Source: Thermodesulfobacteriota bacterium (GTDB lineage: Bacteria; Desulfobacterota; Desulfobulbia; Desulfobulbales; JAGXFP01). Taken from it: a stretch of 64,000 nucleotides of DNA. Shown here one piece after another: positions 50,300 to 60,310 of this stretch (position 1 is its first letter; each line of letters starts with the position of its first letter). The notes beneath the pieces were generated by a model that saw nothing but the letters and a program-made list of their open reading frames with translations, did no database searches and was not told the origin of the DNA. The position numbers were made by a program, and so were the translations under genes. Location of the stretch: the NCBI GenBank assembly GCA_039714535.1, contig JBDLJC010000004.1:5693-69692 (forward strand), in the 5' to 3' direction.

Positions 50300-50786
50300 G
50301 TCTCCCTCCCTTCCTTTTTTTTGAATAATCCCCTTGCTCATTCCAAATCACCTTTTATAGTACGTGAATCATCATCTTCAACAAGCTGTGCATCATCACC
50401 TCATCCTCCTTTATACAAGAGCTACCCCACCGCGCCGACTATGCACTCCACCGAGCTTCTTACACCGTGATGACACGCCCGCTCCGAACACAGCGCCGGT
50501 AGAGGCCGATCGACTACTACTGTTGACATTCTGCCCTAGTATCATCTTCTTCCTTCATTTCCTTCTGATGTTGATTCCAAGAAAAAACGGTCATTTCTGT
50601 CCGCCAACTACACTCAGAAGCGCCTCTTATGTCTATGCTCACAAAAAAAGAGTCGCTCGGTCAATCAGCTAAAAGGTGTATTTTTTTCGTATTTGTGGAT
50701 CTGGTTTCAAGAAAAAATGTAAGCTTTCTAGCCTAAGAACTAATCTTTGGGGAGCACTGGGATGATTATCATCCTGCCTCGCATCG

Positions 50787-51030
50787 TTGGACACCCTGTT
50801 TATCGGTTATAATGCCGAAACAAGATGAACGACATGCGGGGGAAAAATGATACCAGAGAGTTTAAAATCAGAGCAATTCAGCTAATGAAAGAAAGTGCCA
50901 AGCCAATTCGGCAGTTGGCGGAGGAATTCTGGGGTATCAGAGAACAACCTTTACAATCGACGGAAGGATAATCCTCCCATTTTCAACAGGTGTTAAAAGT
51001 TGAGAACTAAGGAACGAGTGGAGATCATAA
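50787..51030 (+). mobile_element. Decayed IS3-family left end/orfA remnant
   Basis: TREFKIRAIQLMKESAKPIRQLAEE; shares ccaagcc.attcggcag.tggcgga with the 48.3-kb remnant. Confidence 0.6.
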
Positions 51031-51379
51031 TCGCATGAAATTCCAGTTAGATTAATGGTAACACCGCGCATCCTAGAATTTCTATGCCATAGCCGTGCCT
51101 GCCCCTGCATGGCAGATAGCCGATTTACGGTTGCAAATTATCGAGACAGCTTTAACTGCGGATACAAATCCGGTTTCCAGATGGCCAACATCACCTTTTT
51201 CCCTGGAAAGACCGGAATAAACGCAAAGTTTATGCCCTTTTTGCTTTCTAATCCCCTTTTTTTGTTATAGCCTTTTTAATAGTCAAAAAAGACATATACA
51301 AGCCAGACGTACCTAACAGAATCAACGGCGAAAAAGTTATTTCAAGGTCAGACCTCACTCCATATAAAACGGTTCTATT

Positions 51380-52387
51380 ATGAAAAAAATACTCATCACT
51401 GGCGGAGCGGGCTTTATCGGCTCTTTTCTGAGCAAGAAATTGCTTTCTTCGGGCTTTGAAGTTGTCGGGATTGATAATCTGAACGACTATTATGACCCTG
51501 CCTTGAAACAATCAAGATTGGACCAGTTATGCCCGGAACCAAATTACACTTTCATAAAAATGGATCTGGCGGATCGCACGGCCATGGAGCAGTTGTTTAC
51601 CGATCATCATTTTAATGGCGTAGTGAATATGGCGGCTCAGGCAGGAGTCCGGTATTCCTTAACAAACCCCCATGCCTATACTGATTCTAATCTTCTTGGT
51701 TTTGTCAATGTCCTGGAAGGTTGTCGTCATAGCAAGGTGGAACACCTGGTCTTTGCCTCATCAAGTTCTGTTTATGGCGGCAACACATCTATGCCTTTTT
51801 CAGTTCATGACAATGTAGACCACCCTCTTTCCCTTTATGCCGCCACCAAGAAATCAAACGAACTGATGGCCCATGCCTACAGCCACCTCTACGGCCTGCC
51901 AACAACCGGGTTACGCTTCTTTACAGTGTATGGCCCCTGGGGACGACCGGACATGGCCTATTTTCTCTTTACCAAGGCTATTCTGGCCGGAAAACCAATC
52001 AATATCTTCAATAATGGTGAGATGAAAAGAGATTTTACCTATATTGACGATATTGTTGAAGGTGTTGCCCGGATCATCCAGCAACCACCTGCCGCCAACC
52101 CATTATGGAACAAAGCTGATCCAGACTCTGCTACCAGCTGGGCTCCGTATCATATTTACAATATCGGCAATAACCAGGTGGAGACTCTCATGCATTTCAT
52201 TGAGGTTCTGGAGGATTGCTTAGGGAAAAAGGCAACCAAAAACTTCCTGCCCATGCAAGATGGCGATGTTGCAGCGACCTATGCAAATATTGATGAACTG
52301 GTTCGTGATTTTAAATTCAAACCAGCGACCAGAATAGAATCAGGTCTGGGAAATTTTGTTAAGTGGTATCGGGGGTATTACGGATGA
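51380..52387 (+). CDS. UDP-glucuronate 4-epimerase (NAD-dependent)
   Basis: [50 protein letters not shown]. Confidence 0.93.
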   Translation: MKKILITGGAGFIGSFLSKKLLSSGFEVVGIDNLNDYYDPALKQSRLDQLCPEPNYTFIKMDLADRTAMEQLFTDHHFNGVVNMAAQAGVRYSLTNPHAYTDSNLLGFVNVLEGCRHSKVEHLVFASSSSVYGGNTSMPFSVHDNVDHPLSLYAATKKSNELMAHAYSHLYGLPTTGLRFFTVYGPWGRPDMAYFLFTKAILAGKPINIFNNGEMKRDFTYIDDIVEGVARIIQQPPAANPLWNKADPDSATSWAPYHIYNIGNNQVETLMHFIEVLEDCLGKKATKNFLPMQDGDVAATYANIDELVRDFKFKPATRIESGLGNFVKWYRGYYG

Positions 52388-53691
52388 ATATTACAATGAT
52401 CGGCACAGGCTATGTCGGCCTGGTCAGCGGCGCCTGTTTTGCGGAGTTAGGCCACAACGTCACCTGCATGGACAAGGATGGCGCCAAGATCAACCGACTG
52501 CTGGCTGGCGAAATCCCTATCTATGAACCGGGGCTCGACACCCTGGTCAAAACAAACATCGAAGGCCAGCGGCTACATTTCACCACCGATCTGGAGGCCG
52601 CAATAGCCGAGACCCAGGCGGTCTTTATCGCCGTCGGCACCCCATCCTCCCGGCGCGGTGACGGCTATGCCGATCTTAGTTACATCTATGCTGCGGCCAA
52701 AGAACTGGCCTGCTGCCTCAAGGATTACACGGTTATCGTGGACAAAAGTACTGTGCCGGTCGGCACTGCCCGGCAGATCCACCGGATCATTACCGAAACT
52801 AACCCTGATGCCGATTTTGACGTGGCCTCGAATCCGGAGTTCCTCCGGGAGGGTGCCGCCATCAATGATTTCATGCGACCAGACCGGATCATCCTAGGTA
52901 CAGATTCTGACCGGGCCCTGGAAATCCTCAAGGAGATTTACGACCCTCTCTACCTATTCTCCACCCCGTTTGTCACCACCAACCTGGAAACAGCAGAACT
53001 GACCAAGTATGCCGCAAATGCATTCCTGGCGGTGAAGATCAGCTTCATTAACGAGATGGCCAACCTCTGTGAGTCTGTTAATGCCAATGTCATTGACCTC
53101 GCCAAAGGTATGGGGCTGGATGGCCGAATCAGCAGTAAGTTTCTCCATCCCGGCCCCGGTTACGGAGGGTCATGCTTTCCCAAAGATACTCTGGCCCTGC
53201 TTCGCACCGCGCAAGAACACGGGGTCGCCTCCCGACTGGTGGAAGCCGGGGTAGAGGCAAACAACTCCCAGAAGGCCAGAATGGTCAAGAAGATCAGGGA
53301 TGCCCTGGGCGGCAGCGAGGCCGGCAAGACCATCGGCGTACTGGGCCTGACCTTCAAACCGGAAACCGACGATCTCCGCGATTCCCCAGCCTTATCTATT
53401 CTGCCGCCACTGTTTGAGAAAGGGGCAAAGATCCAAGCCCACGATCCGCAGGGAATGGAAGAAGCCGAGAAGTTATTCCCTGATTTCACCTATGTTGCCA
53501 ACAGTTACGAAGCGGCTACCGGAGCCGATGCCTTGGTGCTGATGACCGAGTGGAACCAGTACCGGGCCTTAGACCTCGGTCGGATCAAAACAGCAATGAA
53601 TAAACCGATCTTCATCGATCTTAGAAATGTGTATGACCCAAATAAAATGAAAGACGCTGGTTTTCAATATTTCGGCGTGGGCAGAAATTGA
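52384..53691 (+). CDS. ugd: UDP-glucose 6-dehydrogenase
   Basis: [49 protein letters not shown]. Confidence 0.95.
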   Translation: MNITMIGTGYVGLVSGACFAELGHNVTCMDKDGAKINRLLAGEIPIYEPGLDTLVKTNIEGQRLHFTTDLEAAIAETQAVFIAVGTPSSRRGDGYADLSYIYAAAKELACCLKDYTVIVDKSTVPVGTARQIHRIITETNPDADFDVASNPEFLREGAAINDFMRPDRIILGTDSDRALEILKEIYDPLYLFSTPFVTTNLETAELTKYAANAFLAVKISFINEMANLCESVNANVIDLAKGMGLDGRISSKFLHPGPGYGGSCFPKDTLALLRTAQEHGVASRLVEAGVEANNSQKARMVKKIRDALGGSEAGKTIGVLGLTFKPETDDLRDSPALSILPPLFEKGAKIQAHDPQGMEEAEKLFPDFTYVANSYEAATGADALVLMTEWNQYRALDLGRIKTAMNKPIFIDLRNVYDPNKMKDAGFQYFGVGRN

Positions 53692-53986
53692 TGGTCATAT
53701 TGTTCTTGTCATCAGACCGTGTTTGATCTGGGCTTTAATGCCTTTCCTTCTGATTAATGTGAATTTTCACTCATAAATTCCCTGAGTATATATGCAAGAC
53801 TTTCTGAGTTCATGTAGGGGGGTGTGGGGGATGGAACCAAACAGGATAAGGAAAGAAAGTTTGAAAGGTTGTGATTTTGTTGAATAAAATTAAGTTTTGG
53901 TTGAAAAATAGTTGCTTGGAACCAAAACTGTTTAAATGGGTTTAAAATTATAAAAATGACGCGAGGTTTGAAACCATCCTCTGTGT

Positions 53987-54553
53987 TTATTTAGAAACCG
54001 TAAAAACGCCATCTTTTTTAGTCCAATCTGGATGATCATCATCGAACGCTGTCTGCACAAATGGAAGTGTCGTGTTGCTATCCTGCAAAACCTCGAAAGT
54101 CACAGTCGCTAAAACCCCGCTTGATCCCTGGGGGAGATATATAGTGCTATCGAGTGTGTAAAATTCAAGTTCGATGGCAGACCAACCGGAACCAGACAGA
54201 TTGAGGGTTTTTAAGTCAAAACCGTAACTGCTCATAAATTGATCATCTGCCAATACAGTATAACGCTCGACCACCGCCGGATCATATTCAAATCTAACAA
54301 TCAGATTTGAGATATCATCAGGGGTGTTATTAAGCTCAATAGTAGTAGAGGCGAAGCGGTCGGCGACGTTGCCGGAAAAGTCGCAAATCACGATATTCTC
54401 ACTAGCCCCACAGGTTGTCGTATCCCCTGTTGTGTCTCCAGCGGTAGCCCCTGTCGTATCTCCTGTTGTTGTACCCCCTTCAACCGGCCCACCGCAGGCT
54501 TGCAGCGAGGCTAATAAAAAAATGGCCAACAAAATGCTGGATATGGTTTTCAT
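53987..54553 (-). CDS. Prophage accessory lipoprotein with cohesin-like domain
   Basis: LQAC lipobox, TTGD repeats, then TIELNN..DISNL..FEYDPAVVE...GSSGVLATVTFEVL cohesin-like pattern. Confidence 0.65.
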   Translation of the reverse strand: MKTISSILLAIFLLASLQACGGPVEGGTTTGDTTGATAGDTTGDTTTCGASENIVICDFSGNVADRFASTTIELNNTPDDISNLIVRFEYDPAVVERYTVLADDQFMSSYGFDLKTLNLSGSGWSAIELEFYTLDSTIYLPQGSSGVLATVTFEVLQDSNTTLPFVQTAFDDDHPDWTKKDGVFTVSK

Positions 54554-54897
54554 GGGCATCTCCTTATGGTTGTAGCGGTTAAATTAAGATAGGCTAAAAA
54601 AGGACGTTAGTCGAGGCATTTAACAGTTTGGTTCTGCCGCGCCACAGCTAAAGCCGCTTGTGGACAGGGTTTGTAGATAGTGAGAAAAAAATATTTTTCC
54701 GACAATCGGCGTAGCGAGAGCGAAAAAGGGTGTGCATGGTATATGGAACTCCTGCGATAGTTTGTTTGGCTCTAAGTATATTGTTTGTTGGTGTCGTTTT
54801 GCGGGGGTACTAACTTATATATAGGCAAACGGGTAAATGATTTTCCCGTCGGGACTCCTAGCCCGTTGTTCTGGGGCCAACTTAACGACTATCCGCT

Positions 54898-55422
54898 TCA
54901 GGCGGAGGCCGCTGTCTTGCCATCCCCTTCCGATTCCATCTTCGCCAGTTTCTCTTCCAAAGAAAGCATCCTCTTGTTCATCTCCTCCATCATACCAACT
55001 GTCTTCATAGCTAGGGCTTTGTTGTCGACCGCTTCGCTGAAGGCGTGGAGGTTGGCGGCTATGGCCCGGACCAGCACCTGGTTGCCAGAGTTGTAGATCT
55101 TGGCCAACAGCTCCACGCTCTCGCCCAGGCCGATATCGTCATCAGGGATATCCCCGGCGGCGACAGAGGTTTCTGAGGGAGTCGGTTGTTGCGCTGGCGA
55201 GCTGGTAGACTCCTGGATAAGCATTGGCACGTTGTCATTAAAAAACCAGCCGACATTAAAACCAAGGTTGGTAAATGCCGTCCAGACCTTAGTATCGATA
55301 TTACCGCCTTCTTGCTCATACTTTTGGTATGTCCGGTAGCCAATATTCAGAGACCGGGCCATCACCTTTTGATTTTTCCCCAGAGATTCTCGCGCTGTTT
55401 TGAGCTTGTCTTTGATTTCCAT
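54898..55422 (-). CDS. Phage repressor, XRE HTH
   Basis: LKTARESLG.NQ..MA..L.I..RTYQKYE; divergent from the early operon. Confidence 0.85.
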   Translation of the reverse strand: MEIKDKLKTARESLGKNQKVMARSLNIGYRTYQKYEQEGGNIDTKVWTAFTNLGFNVGWFFNDNVPMLIQESTSSPAQQPTPSETSVAAGDIPDDDIGLGESVELLAKIYNSGNQVLVRAIAANLHAFSEAVDNKALAMKTVGMMEEMNKRMLSLEEKLAKMESEGDGKTAASA

Positions 55423-55584
55423 GGATCGCCGTTATGAGCGTCCATACTGAAACCCTTAAGTAGGGACGCAGGTATGGACGCGATGTTAATATTTTATGCA
55501 ATAATTTTCTACACGGAATAACAATGCGTTAAGCGAATAAACGCCCAGATATTCATATTTTTTAGTTCGGACGCCGATTTGTGC

Positions 55585-55614
55585 TTTACAAAAGCAGATA
55601 TCGGCGTTTATAAT
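55585..55614 (+). promoter_or_regulatory. Early promoter (Pe-like)
   Basis: TTTACA-18 nt-TATAAT, flanked by ACGCCGAT-like repeats. Confidence 0.6.
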
Positions 55615-55746
55615 GCTCATCAACTAGGAACGCCGGTTCCTAGTTTATATGCGCATAATCGTACCCGATTTGCGCATGTACGGTCAATGTCCAACTTAAT
55701 GAAACGTTTGGACTGAATCCGGCAGATTTGTGGACGGAGAAAAACA

Positions 55747-56175
55747 GTGACACCCAACCAATTAGATCTATTTAATCGACCCTCTTTTAATCGCCTGAAC
55801 CACGATATCAAAGCCGCCATGAATGAGGCGGTCAAAAAATCGGGCTTGTCCCGCGATCAGGTGCTGGACAGGATTAATGAACTGGCCCTGCGCTTCGGGG
55901 TACGGCTGGTGGGAGGCAGCGGCAAAGCCCTGACCATGGATACCCTGGCCAAATGGCTGAACGTGGAAGAGGAAAGCCGGGTGCCGTCATTTAACGGTCT
56001 GGCTGTATTCTGCGCCGCCATCGAATGTAACGAACCGCTGGCCGTGATGGCCCGGCTGCTGGGCGGCAAGCTGATAAGCGATCAGGATGTCAACCTGCTG
56101 GACTGGGCCAGGGCCTACCATAAGGCCAAGAATTTGAAGAAGGAAATGCGGGAGCTAGAGGCGGGAATTTTATGA
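55747..56175 (+). CDS. Phage regulatory protein (CII-like HTH)
   Basis: SGLSRDQV, L.KWL..E..R.P; GTG start with GGAG RBS. Confidence 0.65.
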   Translation: MTPNQLDLFNRPSFNRLNHDIKAAMNEAVKKSGLSRDQVLDRINELALRFGVRLVGGSGKALTMDTLAKWLNVEEESRVPSFNGLAVFCAAIECNEPLAVMARLLGGKLISDQDVNLLDWARAYHKAKNLKKEMRELEAGIL

Positions 56176-56396
56176 GTAAGAGAGGAAGAAACTGGTTCAA
56201 GATTGATGACTGGATGCGGCACCATGGTTTGTCGGTGACCAAGATCCAGCGGGAAATTGGTTTTAAGAACCATGGGGTGGTCAGCAATACCATTGCCGGG
56301 CGGAAGAATAACCGCAAGGTATTGCGGCTGCTGGTGGCGAAAGGTTGCCCGGTGCGGTACCTGGCCTTGCCGGATGATATGAGGGAGGCGGCATGA
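56172..56396 (+). CDS. Ner/Cro-like small DNA-binding protein
   Basis: 74-aa HTH-like protein (VVSNTIAGR..N.KVL..L...GCP); early-operon position. Confidence 0.65.
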   Translation: MSKRGRNWFKIDDWMRHHGLSVTKIQREIGFKNHGVVSNTIAGRKNNRKVLRLLVAKGCPVRYLALPDDMREAA

Positions 56397-56665
56397 GCTA
56401 TATGATCAACAGAGCGGCGCAGGCTGTGGAAAGGGTATTAGGTTGTCGGTTCCTGTGTCTGCCGGAGGTGGAGTTTACCAGTCGGATACCTAAAGGAAAA
56501 CTTGGATATTGCTGCGATACGCATATTGCCATCAGACCGAGCCTGCTCCGTTTCCAACAAGAAAGGGTTTTGTGTCACGAATTAATTCACTGGGCAGGAA
56601 TTGAATGTGAAAAGAAAACTGACCAGCTTGAAATATCAGCATGGGTCAGGATGGAGGCGGCATAA
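56393..56665 (+). CDS. Small HExxH (ImmA/IrrE-like) metallopeptidase-fold protein
   Basis: IAI..SL...QERVLCHELIHW...E; ATGA coupling; strong RBS. Confidence 0.6.
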   Translation: MSYMINRAAQAVERVLGCRFLCLPEVEFTSRIPKGKLGYCCDTHIAIRPSLLRFQQERVLCHELIHWAGIECEKKTDQLEISAWVRMEAA

Positions 56666-56913
56666 TGGCTGAGAACAGCGTGAAAAAAGACTGTAGGTTG
56701 TGCGCCTGCTGGTTCCTTGGTTGTCTCAATGGGCGTGAAAAATGGGAGGACAAGGCCATAACACCAAACATGGTGGTAGTCGGCCAATCTGGAAAGGTGT
56801 ATCCAGACAAAAATTACCCCACAACAGAAACAGAATACCCATTAACTGCAATGTTTTGCAATGCGTTTATAGCAGACCCGCGACCAGAGAGACGTGGCCG
56901 TGTTGTTGGGTGA
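56665..56913 (+). CDS. Cys-rich phage hypothetical protein
   Basis: TAATG coupling, GGAGG RBS; CRLCAC..GC. Confidence 0.6.
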   Translation: MAENSVKKDCRLCACWFLGCLNGREKWEDKAITPNMVVVGQSGKVYPDKNYPTTETEYPLTAMFCNAFIADPRPERRGRVVG

Positions 56914-56942
56914 AATATAACCATTCAATAAGGGGAGAAAAT

Positions 56943-57581
56943 ATGAGTTTAGTTTTGGAGGAGCAAGTCAAGCCGTTATCGGCCAAGGAGAGGCAGCGGC
57001 TTAAGAAACTGGAGGGAGTTATCAGCAAGAATCTGGAGGGGTTCGTGGCGGTCTGCATGGCCTTCGCCGAGATTCAGGAAAAGATGCTGTATCGAGACGC
57101 CGCCCTGACGATTGCGGAATACGCCAGAGAGCGCTTTGACCTTTCCCGTAGTCGTTTTTTCCAGTTTGCCGATGGCGGACGCCTACTCCAGTTTATCGAA
57201 GAGTCCACAACTGTGGACTCCCCTTGGCAGCCAAAAAACGAGGCGCAATTACGGCCCCTGATCCCGGTCTTTAATAAGACTCCGGATAAACTGGCCGAGA
57301 TCATCGAGATGGCGGTCGAAACCGCGCCGGAAGGCAAGGTCACCGCTGCTCATTTGAGCAAAACAGTCAAGGACAAGGCCGGGCAAGTCGTCAAGAAGGC
57401 GGTCAAGAAGGCCAAAAAGACCGTCGTTAAATCTGAGCATGTCAGCGAGGAATTTACCAAGACATACGACGCGCTGATGAAGGTAGTGCAGCAGGAGTAC
57501 GATAGCGACTGGGCCACCACCGACAAAGAAGTGGTGATCCGGTCCCTTAAAGGTCTGTTGGCAGTTATCGAGGTTGGCTAA
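56943..57581 (+). CDS. Phage protein preceding transposase (DUF3102-like)
   Basis: L.KLE.VI..F..EI....LYR..EY..ERF, P.NE.QLRPL, VTAAH; GGGGAG RBS. Confidence 0.65.
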   Translation: MSLVLEEQVKPLSAKERQRLKKLEGVISKNLEGFVAVCMAFAEIQEKMLYRDAALTIAEYARERFDLSRSRFFQFADGGRLLQFIEESTTVDSPWQPKNEAQLRPLIPVFNKTPDKLAEIIEMAVETAPEGKVTAAHLSKTVKDKAGQVVKKAVKKAKKTVVKSEHVSEEFTKTYDALMKVVQQEYDSDWATTDKEVVIRSLKGLLAVIEVG

Positions 57582-57583
57582 CG

Positions 57584-59845
57584 ATGCAGACCGAATATTC
57601 GGCAATAGAACTGGCCCCGATCCTCGGTAAAACGAGTCGAACCGTCTCCCGCCAAGCCATTAATGAAGGCTGGCGTTATGTCACTCGAAAATGTAAAGGA
57701 CCAGCCTACAAGTCTTTTATAGCCGTATTATTACCGGAACCAATCAGAATAAAAGTTGCCCGCCATACGGCCATTAACGGCAGCGGAGTTACCTCTCCTT
57801 TCTCTGCTGCCGCAGTGAGCGCCACCGCCGCCCCCCTCGGCGTTGGCGCTCAGGCCGGGGCATTGCTGGGCCAAACCAGAGTGGCGGACACGGCCGAATC
57901 GGCCGAGCAGGCCAGGATCAACCGGGAACGTGGTCTGGCCGCATTCAATCAACTGCCCGAACAGCGACAACGCGAGGCCGAGGCCCGCCTGGAAATTCTC
58001 CAGGCCCGCGACGCCTTTATCGAAGCCGCCTGCCTGCCGATGAAACGGGGCAGCCAGGCCTTTGCCCTTGAGTATTGCGAGGGCAACCTAAACCTGCCCG
58101 GTGCGATCACCAGGATCATCGGCGCAACCCTGTCCTGGTCAACCCTCAACCGCTGGCAGCAATCATATAAAGATGCGGGCCTGGCCGGACTGGCCAGCGG
58201 CTACAAGAGCCCGAACAAGGGTAAAACCACCCTGAGCCCACCCCAGCGGGAACTGATCAAAGGGCTGCTGACCGCCCATCCCCATATAAGCCTGGTCAAG
58301 ATCATGTCCTCTCTGGAGGCGCGTTTCGACGGATCAGTGCCGCATATCAGTTCGGTCCGCCGCTATGTGAAAAGATGGACCAAAAAACACCAGAGCCTGC
58401 TCCTTTATATCGCCAACCCCGACGTCTGGAAAAACAAACATCAGACCGCCCAGGGCGACGCCTCGGCCCAGGTCTCACGCCTCAACCAGGTGTGGGAGTT
58501 CGACTCGACCCCGACCGATGTGATGCTCAAAGACGGGCGCTATAACCTGATCGGGGTAATCGACGTCTATTCCCGCCGCCCAAAACTGTTGGTCAGCCCC
58601 ACCTCCAAAGCATCGGCGGTCGCCGCCCTGACCCGGCGGGCCATCCTCGACTGGGGCATCCCGGAGATCGCCAAAACCGATAACGGCGCGGATTACGTAT
58701 CGAAACATCTGGTCCGGGTCTTCGAGGGTCTGGAGATCAAGCAGGTCCTCTGCCCACCCTTTACCCCGGAATCAAAACCGCATATCGAGCGGTTCTTCAA
58801 GACCTTCTCCCACGACATTATGGAGCTGTTGCCCGGCTATATCGGCCACAGCGTCGCCGACCGCAAGGCCATTGAGGCCCGGCGCTCCTTTGCCGACCGG
58901 CTGATGAAAAAGGGCGGCGACCCGGTGGAGCTCAACAAGATGACCTCCGCTGAATTACAGGACATCTGCGACCGCTGGTGCCAGGCGATCTACGAGCAGA
59001 ACCAGCATGGCGGCCTAAACGGAGAAACCCCGGCAGCGATGGCCAGGGATTGGACCGAGCCTGTTAAACGGATCACCAACGCGCGGGCCTTAGATTTATT
59101 GTTATCGGAAGCGCCGGGCGGCGACGGGATCAGGACCGTGGCCAAGAAAGGGGTCAAGGTCGACAACACCTATTTTATCGCCGCCGAACTGCCCGAGCCC
59201 GGCACTCAGGTGCGGGTGCTGCTGGACGCCACCGACTACGGGACCATCTATATCTTTGACGGTGAGAGCCGTGACTATATCTGCACGGCGGTTGATCCGA
59301 TCAGGACCGGTCATGACCGGGTTGAGATCGCGGCCAAGAGCAAGGCCATCCAGAAGACGATCATGCGCGAGGGCAGCAAGGAGTTGAAGAAAATCGCCCG
59401 CCAGACCGCCGCCAAGGACATCCATATGGAGATCCTGGAGCACCGTGAGGGCCAGATCGCCGGGATCGTTGATTTCCCGCAGGTGGCTGAAGACTACACC
59501 ACCCCGGCCCTGGACCAGGCCGCCAAGGCGGTGATCGGCCATGACCAGGCCAGCCGTGAGCAGGAGGAGATGGACGAGCTGCTTGATGATCTTGCAACCG
59601 AGAGGCAAGAGGAGACAGTGGTTTACGAGGAGAAAAAGGCGAGCGGGATCGTGCCGTTATTTACTTGTTCGACCGAGCGGTATCAGTGGCTCCGGGACCA
59701 GATTGTTGGCGGCAGAAAGTTGACTGCGGAGGAGACCGCTTTCCTTGACGAATTTTATCAGACCAAAGCGGGTGGGATGTTTATGGATCTGGAAGGTGAC
59801 CTGCGGCCACCGGTTGGGCCTGATGAATTGAGAATGGAGAATTAA
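57584..59845 (+). CDS. Mu-like DDE transposase (A protein)
   Basis: N-terminal HTH, WEFDST, IDVYSR, TDNGADY, KPHIERFF, Mu-transposase C-terminal region. Confidence 0.93.
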   Translation: MQTEYSAIELAPILGKTSRTVSRQAINEGWRYVTRKCKGPAYKSFIAVLLPEPIRIKVARHTAINGSGVTSPFSAAAVSATAAPLGVGAQAGALLGQTRVADTAESAEQARINRERGLAAFNQLPEQRQREAEARLEILQARDAFIEAACLPMKRGSQAFALEYCEGNLNLPGAITRIIGATLSWSTLNRWQQSYKDAGLAGLASGYKSPNKGKTTLSPPQRELIKGLLTAHPHISLVKIMSSLEARFDGSVPHISSVRRYVKRWTKKHQSLLLYIANPDVWKNKHQTAQGDASAQVSRLNQVWEFDSTPTDVMLKDGRYNLIGVIDVYSRRPKLLVSPTSKASAVAALTRRAILDWGIPEIAKTDNGADYVSKHLVRVFEGLEIKQVLCPPFTPESKPHIERFFKTFSHDIMELLPGYIGHSVADRKAIEARRSFADRLMKKGGDPVELNKMTSAELQDICDRWCQAIYEQNQHGGLNGETPAAMARDWTEPVKRITNARALDLLLSEAPGGDGIRTVAKKGVKVDNTYFIAAELPEPGTQVRVLLDATDYGTIYIFDGESRDYICTAVDPIRTGHDRVEIAAKSKAIQKTIMREGSKELKKIARQTAAKDIHMEILEHREGQIAGIVDFPQVAEDYTTPALDQAAKAVIGHDQASREQEEMDELLDDLATERQEETVVYEEKKASGIVPLFTCSTERYQWLRDQIVGGRKLTAEETAFLDEFYQTKAGGMFMDLEGDLRPPVGPDELRMEN

Positions 59846-59850
59846 GGGTT

Positions 59851-60213
59851 ATGCCAGCACTTAACTTCCAAAAGCGCTTTGCTCCTCTTATTGAGTCGGG
59901 CCAGAAGAAACAGACCATTCGGGCATGTCGAAAAGATGGCAGAAATCCGAGAGTCGGCCAGAAGCTTTTTATCTATACGGGAATGAGGACAAAGGGATGC
60001 CGTAAGCTTGGAGAAGAAATCTGCCGTCAGGCTTTGCCAGTGTATATGGACAAACACGAGGACGGGAGGATTGATGTCTTCGTCAGCGGCGACATCTTGA
60101 AGGATGATGCGGTAGAGAAGTTGGCCGCTGATGATGGTTTTGAGGGGGTAGATTGCTTCTTCAAGTTCTTTGCAGATCGGATGCCATTTCAGGGATACCT
60201 AATTAAATGGTGA
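59851..60213 (+). CDS. ASCH-domain protein
   Basis: LNF..RF...IESG.KKQTIR, YTGMRTK.C..LG, A..DGF....F..FF, I.W. Confidence 0.8.
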   Translation: MPALNFQKRFAPLIESGQKKQTIRACRKDGRNPRVGQKLFIYTGMRTKGCRKLGEEICRQALPVYMDKHEDGRIDVFVSGDILKDDAVEKLAADDGFEGVDCFFKFFADRMPFQGYLIKW

Positions 60214-60310
60214 TCCTCTAAACCAAGTTTAAAACAAAGGCGGGCCGGGACTGCTGGCAACAGTCCCGACCTTTACAACAATGAAACAAAGCTAAAAAGG
60301 AGAATACAGA

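Noticed and set aside
54647-54737. 29-aa minus-strand ORF between repressor and lipoprotein
   Set aside because: Too short, with no recognisable features; cannot be supported.
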